In this document: positions 61,751 through 64,000 of the stretch, piece after piece
Layout: the number at the start of each line of letters is the position of its first letter
Numbering within the stretch: the first letter of the stretch is position 1
Assembly: GCA_964508365.1 (NCBI GenBank)
Contig: CAZDTP010000003.1
Location: forward strand, 2,589 to 66,588
DNA length: 64,000 bases
Direction of reading: 5' to 3'
Source: an uncultured archaeon
Lineage (GTDB): Archaea > Asgardarchaeota > Lokiarchaeia > Sigyniarchaeales > SOKP01
The notes under the pieces: generated by a model
What the model was told of the DNA's origin: nothing
What the model saw: only the letters and a program-made list of their open reading frames with translations
Databases searched by the model: none
Program-made: the position numbers and the translations under genes

Positions 61751-62086
61751 TTATTTAAAAGTACCCGCTGTGCTTGCAGGGATTAAAAGTATATCGTCGC
61801 CATCATTAACATTATAGTCTTTTAACTGGCTACTCTCATCCATTGTTCTTCCACCAGAAGAAAGATGGAACTCATCTGGATCAAGTCCGAATAGATTTCC
61901 TAATGTTTGTTTGATATCGCTTACGTTATTTGCGTCATTTACAGTTAACTTTTCCTTCTTTTCACCAGGACCAATAGTTGACATGAAATATAAAGTCAAC
62001 TTCTTACCTGTTGAGGGAACTTTGCTTGATGGGGTTTTAGATTTAACTGGTTCTAACTCCTCATCAAAATCTTCATTATAACCCAT
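61751..62086 (-). CDS. Ubiquitin-like modifier precursor
   Basis: Beta-grasp pattern (LKDYNVNDGDDILL), C-terminus PASTAG-TFK, acidic disordered N-tail. Confidence 0.88.
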   Translation of the reverse strand: MGYNEDFDEELEPVKSKTPSSKVPSTGKKLTLYFMSTIGPGEKKEKLTVNDANNVSDIKQTLGNLFGLDPDEFHLSSGGRTMDESSQLKDYNVNDGDDILLIPASTAGTFK

Positions 62087-62348
62087 TTTAATCGTTTCTC
62101 TTATTTTTTTTTTAAAGTTTTTTTTTTAAACTTAATAATATCAAGTTAAAATGATATTAAAAAACCCATTGGAATGATTTTGAAGTTTTTTGAATTTTTG
62201 TTTAAAATATAAGTATCTACATCAAAAAACCTAATATCATATATTTATAAATTAAATGAATGACTATCAATATATATAAATAGGAAAATATCGTATTAGA
62301 GAGAAGATTTGATTATATAAATCAATTTATTCAACACGTTAAAATCAA

Positions 62349-63032
62349 TTGCTTATGAGCACTCCAGATAACCTTCAATCTATTGTTTGTAATCTAATAA
62401 AGGAATATCTAAAAAAGAAACCTTTCTTTTCAATAGAAGATATTGTAATGTTCATCAGTAATAGGGTAAGAACTAACCCTAATTTGAACAAACGCAGCAT
62501 TGAAATCATCATTAAAAATCTCATTAAAAGAAGAATTCTAATCCCTGGAACTAAATTAATGAAAAATAATATCATCGAGCATCCAATAAGAAATGAAATC
62601 TATAATTATATAAGAAAGAATCCTTCGAATGTTAATGATATAATGAAAGCAATTAATATTGGGAGTAATCAAGCGTTATGGCATTTATCTTGCTTAGAAA
62701 AATTTAGATTTACAAGATCAACAAAAATCGAGAATCAAAGAATAATTTTTGAATATGAATCAAATTCAGATCTAGATGAGTTGTATTACTATTTAAAACA
62801 GGATATTGTACAAGATATTATCAACCTACTGAAAAAAGAAAACACCTCATTTAAAATTACGGAAATTGCTGCCAATTTAAAAAAAAATTACAATACTGTA
62901 AAAAAATATCTTGAAATATTAGGAACTCTGAAAATATTAAAAATTGAAAAAAATAAAAAAAGAGTTTTATTCAGATTAGATCAAGAGAAATATGATAATA
63001 TTAGGAAATCCATTATTGATGGTGAATTATAA
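62349..63032 (+). CDS. Tandem winged-HTH transcriptional regulator
   Basis: RNEIYNYIRKNP...ALWHLSCLEKF and EIAANLKKNYNTVKKYLEIL. Confidence 0.75.
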   Translation: MLMSTPDNLQSIVCNLIKEYLKKKPFFSIEDIVMFISNRVRTNPNLNKRSIEIIIKNLIKRRILIPGTKLMKNNIIEHPIRNEIYNYIRKNPSNVNDIMKAINIGSNQALWHLSCLEKFRFTRSTKIENQRIIFEYESNSDLDELYYYLKQDIVQDIINLLKKENTSFKITEIAANLKKNYNTVKKYLEILGTLKILKIEKNKKRVLFRLDQEKYDNIRKSIIDGEL

Positions 63033-63111
63033 AATTTACAAAGTTATTCCAATGGAATTTATATTTTGAATTATATATTAGAAAATTAGATAATACTTTA
63101 ATCAAAAAATC

Positions 63112-63900
63112 ATGAAGAAGAAATATAGAGTTTTAAATATCATAACTCTTTATGTTGTTTTCACTTTAATTTATTTGATTTTTTTCATATTCCAAATAGA
63201 GAGTTTACCTTTATTTCTCTTTCTAACTATTGGGAGTGTTGCTGTATTATCTACCAGCACGATCTATACCGTTGTTAAATCTAAAAGCAGTCCAGCGAAG
63301 AGGATAAAAAAAGATAAATATTATCAAAAACCAAAATCAATCAAAAGAATATCGAGTGATTTGATTGAGGATTACTTCGAAGCCATGCCATTAATAGATC
63401 AATACGCTGATACTGATGTATCTTTTGAAAATGTAGAATCAATCGATGATTATATCTTCACTTTTTTCAAACAAGAGGAAGTAGATAAAATCGATTTGTT
63501 AGGGTTTTCAAAAATGGATAAAATCTTTTTTATCAGAGAGATGTTGTATTTTGATGCTGGTGAGAGAAAGCAGCTAATCGAAGATATTTTGAAAAATAAA
63601 GATATAACTGATGAACAGATAAAATACTACCCGCCTTTAAACATAATTGGATTGAATGATAAATTACGCGTTTACATAAGGTCATTAGTCGAACCTGGTG
63701 AGAAGACCAAAATACTCATAATTGAAACCTCCGAATTAATAAGTATAATCAAAGAACAAGTTGGAATTCTATTTGATTATGGTTTAGAAGATTTTTCCCT
63801 ATCCACAGGAGGTTTAATATTAGATGAAACTAAGCAGATAAAGGACTATTTTATTGACGAGGATGACGAAATTGCTTTAATTCCATCAAAAAAAAAATAG
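63112..63900 (+). CDS. Membrane-anchored protein with C-terminal ubiquitin-like domain
   Basis: Two N-terminal TM helices; C-terminus (PGEKTK...LSTGGLILDETKQIKDY..DEDDEIALIP) aligns with Ubl 61751..62086. Confidence 0.78.
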   Translation: MKKKYRVLNIITLYVVFTLIYLIFFIFQIESLPLFLFLTIGSVAVLSTSTIYTVVKSKSSPAKRIKKDKYYQKPKSIKRISSDLIEDYFEAMPLIDQYADTDVSFENVESIDDYIFTFFKQEEVDKIDLLGFSKMDKIFFIREMLYFDAGERKQLIEDILKNKDITDEQIKYYPPLNIIGLNDKLRVYIRSLVEPGEKTKILIIETSELISIIKEQVGILFDYGLEDFSLSTGGLILDETKQIKDYFIDEDDEIALIPSKKK

Positions 63901-63919
63901 AATTATTTTTTTTATAGTT

Positions 63920-64000
63920 TTATATCCTTTCAATATAACAACCAGCAACACTCGCTGGAATTAATAAAATGTCATCTCCATCATCTACATTGTAATCACT
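63920..64000 (-). CDS. C-terminal end of a second ubiquitin-like modifier (runs off the window)
   Basis: Minus-strand frame SDYNVDDGDDILLIPASVAGCYIERI* is nearly identical to the end of 61751..62086. Confidence 0.85.
   Translation of the reverse strand, partial: SDYNVDDGDDILLIPASVAGCYIERI

Noticed and set aside
332-62575. Numerous short antisense or overlapping ORFs in the track (e.g. 332..565, 3179..3487, 10414..10854, 17471..17749, 41948..42271, 59656..59985)
   Set aside because: They lie opposite or inside well-supported genes and have no recognisable motifs; shadow ORFs
1-64000. tRNA, rRNA, IS elements, integrases
   Set aside because: No cloverleaf/T-loop signatures, rRNA-like GC-rich stretches, transposase motifs or terminal inverted repeats were recognised by eye

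Overview
AT-rich archaeal chromosomal window, most likely from an Asgard archaeon (Lokiarchaeia/Promethearchaeota-like). Support for this: a Ubl-E1-E2-JAMM-RING ubiquitin operon, an SCP2 protein, an archaeal ether-lipid operon, a TBP, and GGTGA-type ribosome-binding sites. No rRNA, tRNA, CRISPR array or transposase was recognised. Other contents: a sugar/cyclitol catabolic neighbourhood, two orphan N6-adenine methyltransferases, a PadR/HAAS module, larE, an AT-rich accessory stretch with a TBP paralog, a B12 mutase-like/opine dehydrogenase/AsnB-like cluster, feoAB, a methyltransferase-Ddl fusion, and pterin (H4MPT) and F420 biosynthesis genes. The strongest finding is that the two apparent AIR-synthase-like ORFs (28859-28365 and 28304-27453, minus strand) are one in-frame gene. 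It is interrupted by a 30-nt segment (28358-28387) that carries a TGA stop and folds into a canonical bulge-helix-bulge (BHB) splice substrate. Excision at the standard BHB cleavage positions removes the stop and restores GFHVTRAALRD, so this is a predicted endonuclease-spliced mRNA intron. All family assignments come from motif recognition by eye, not database searches.
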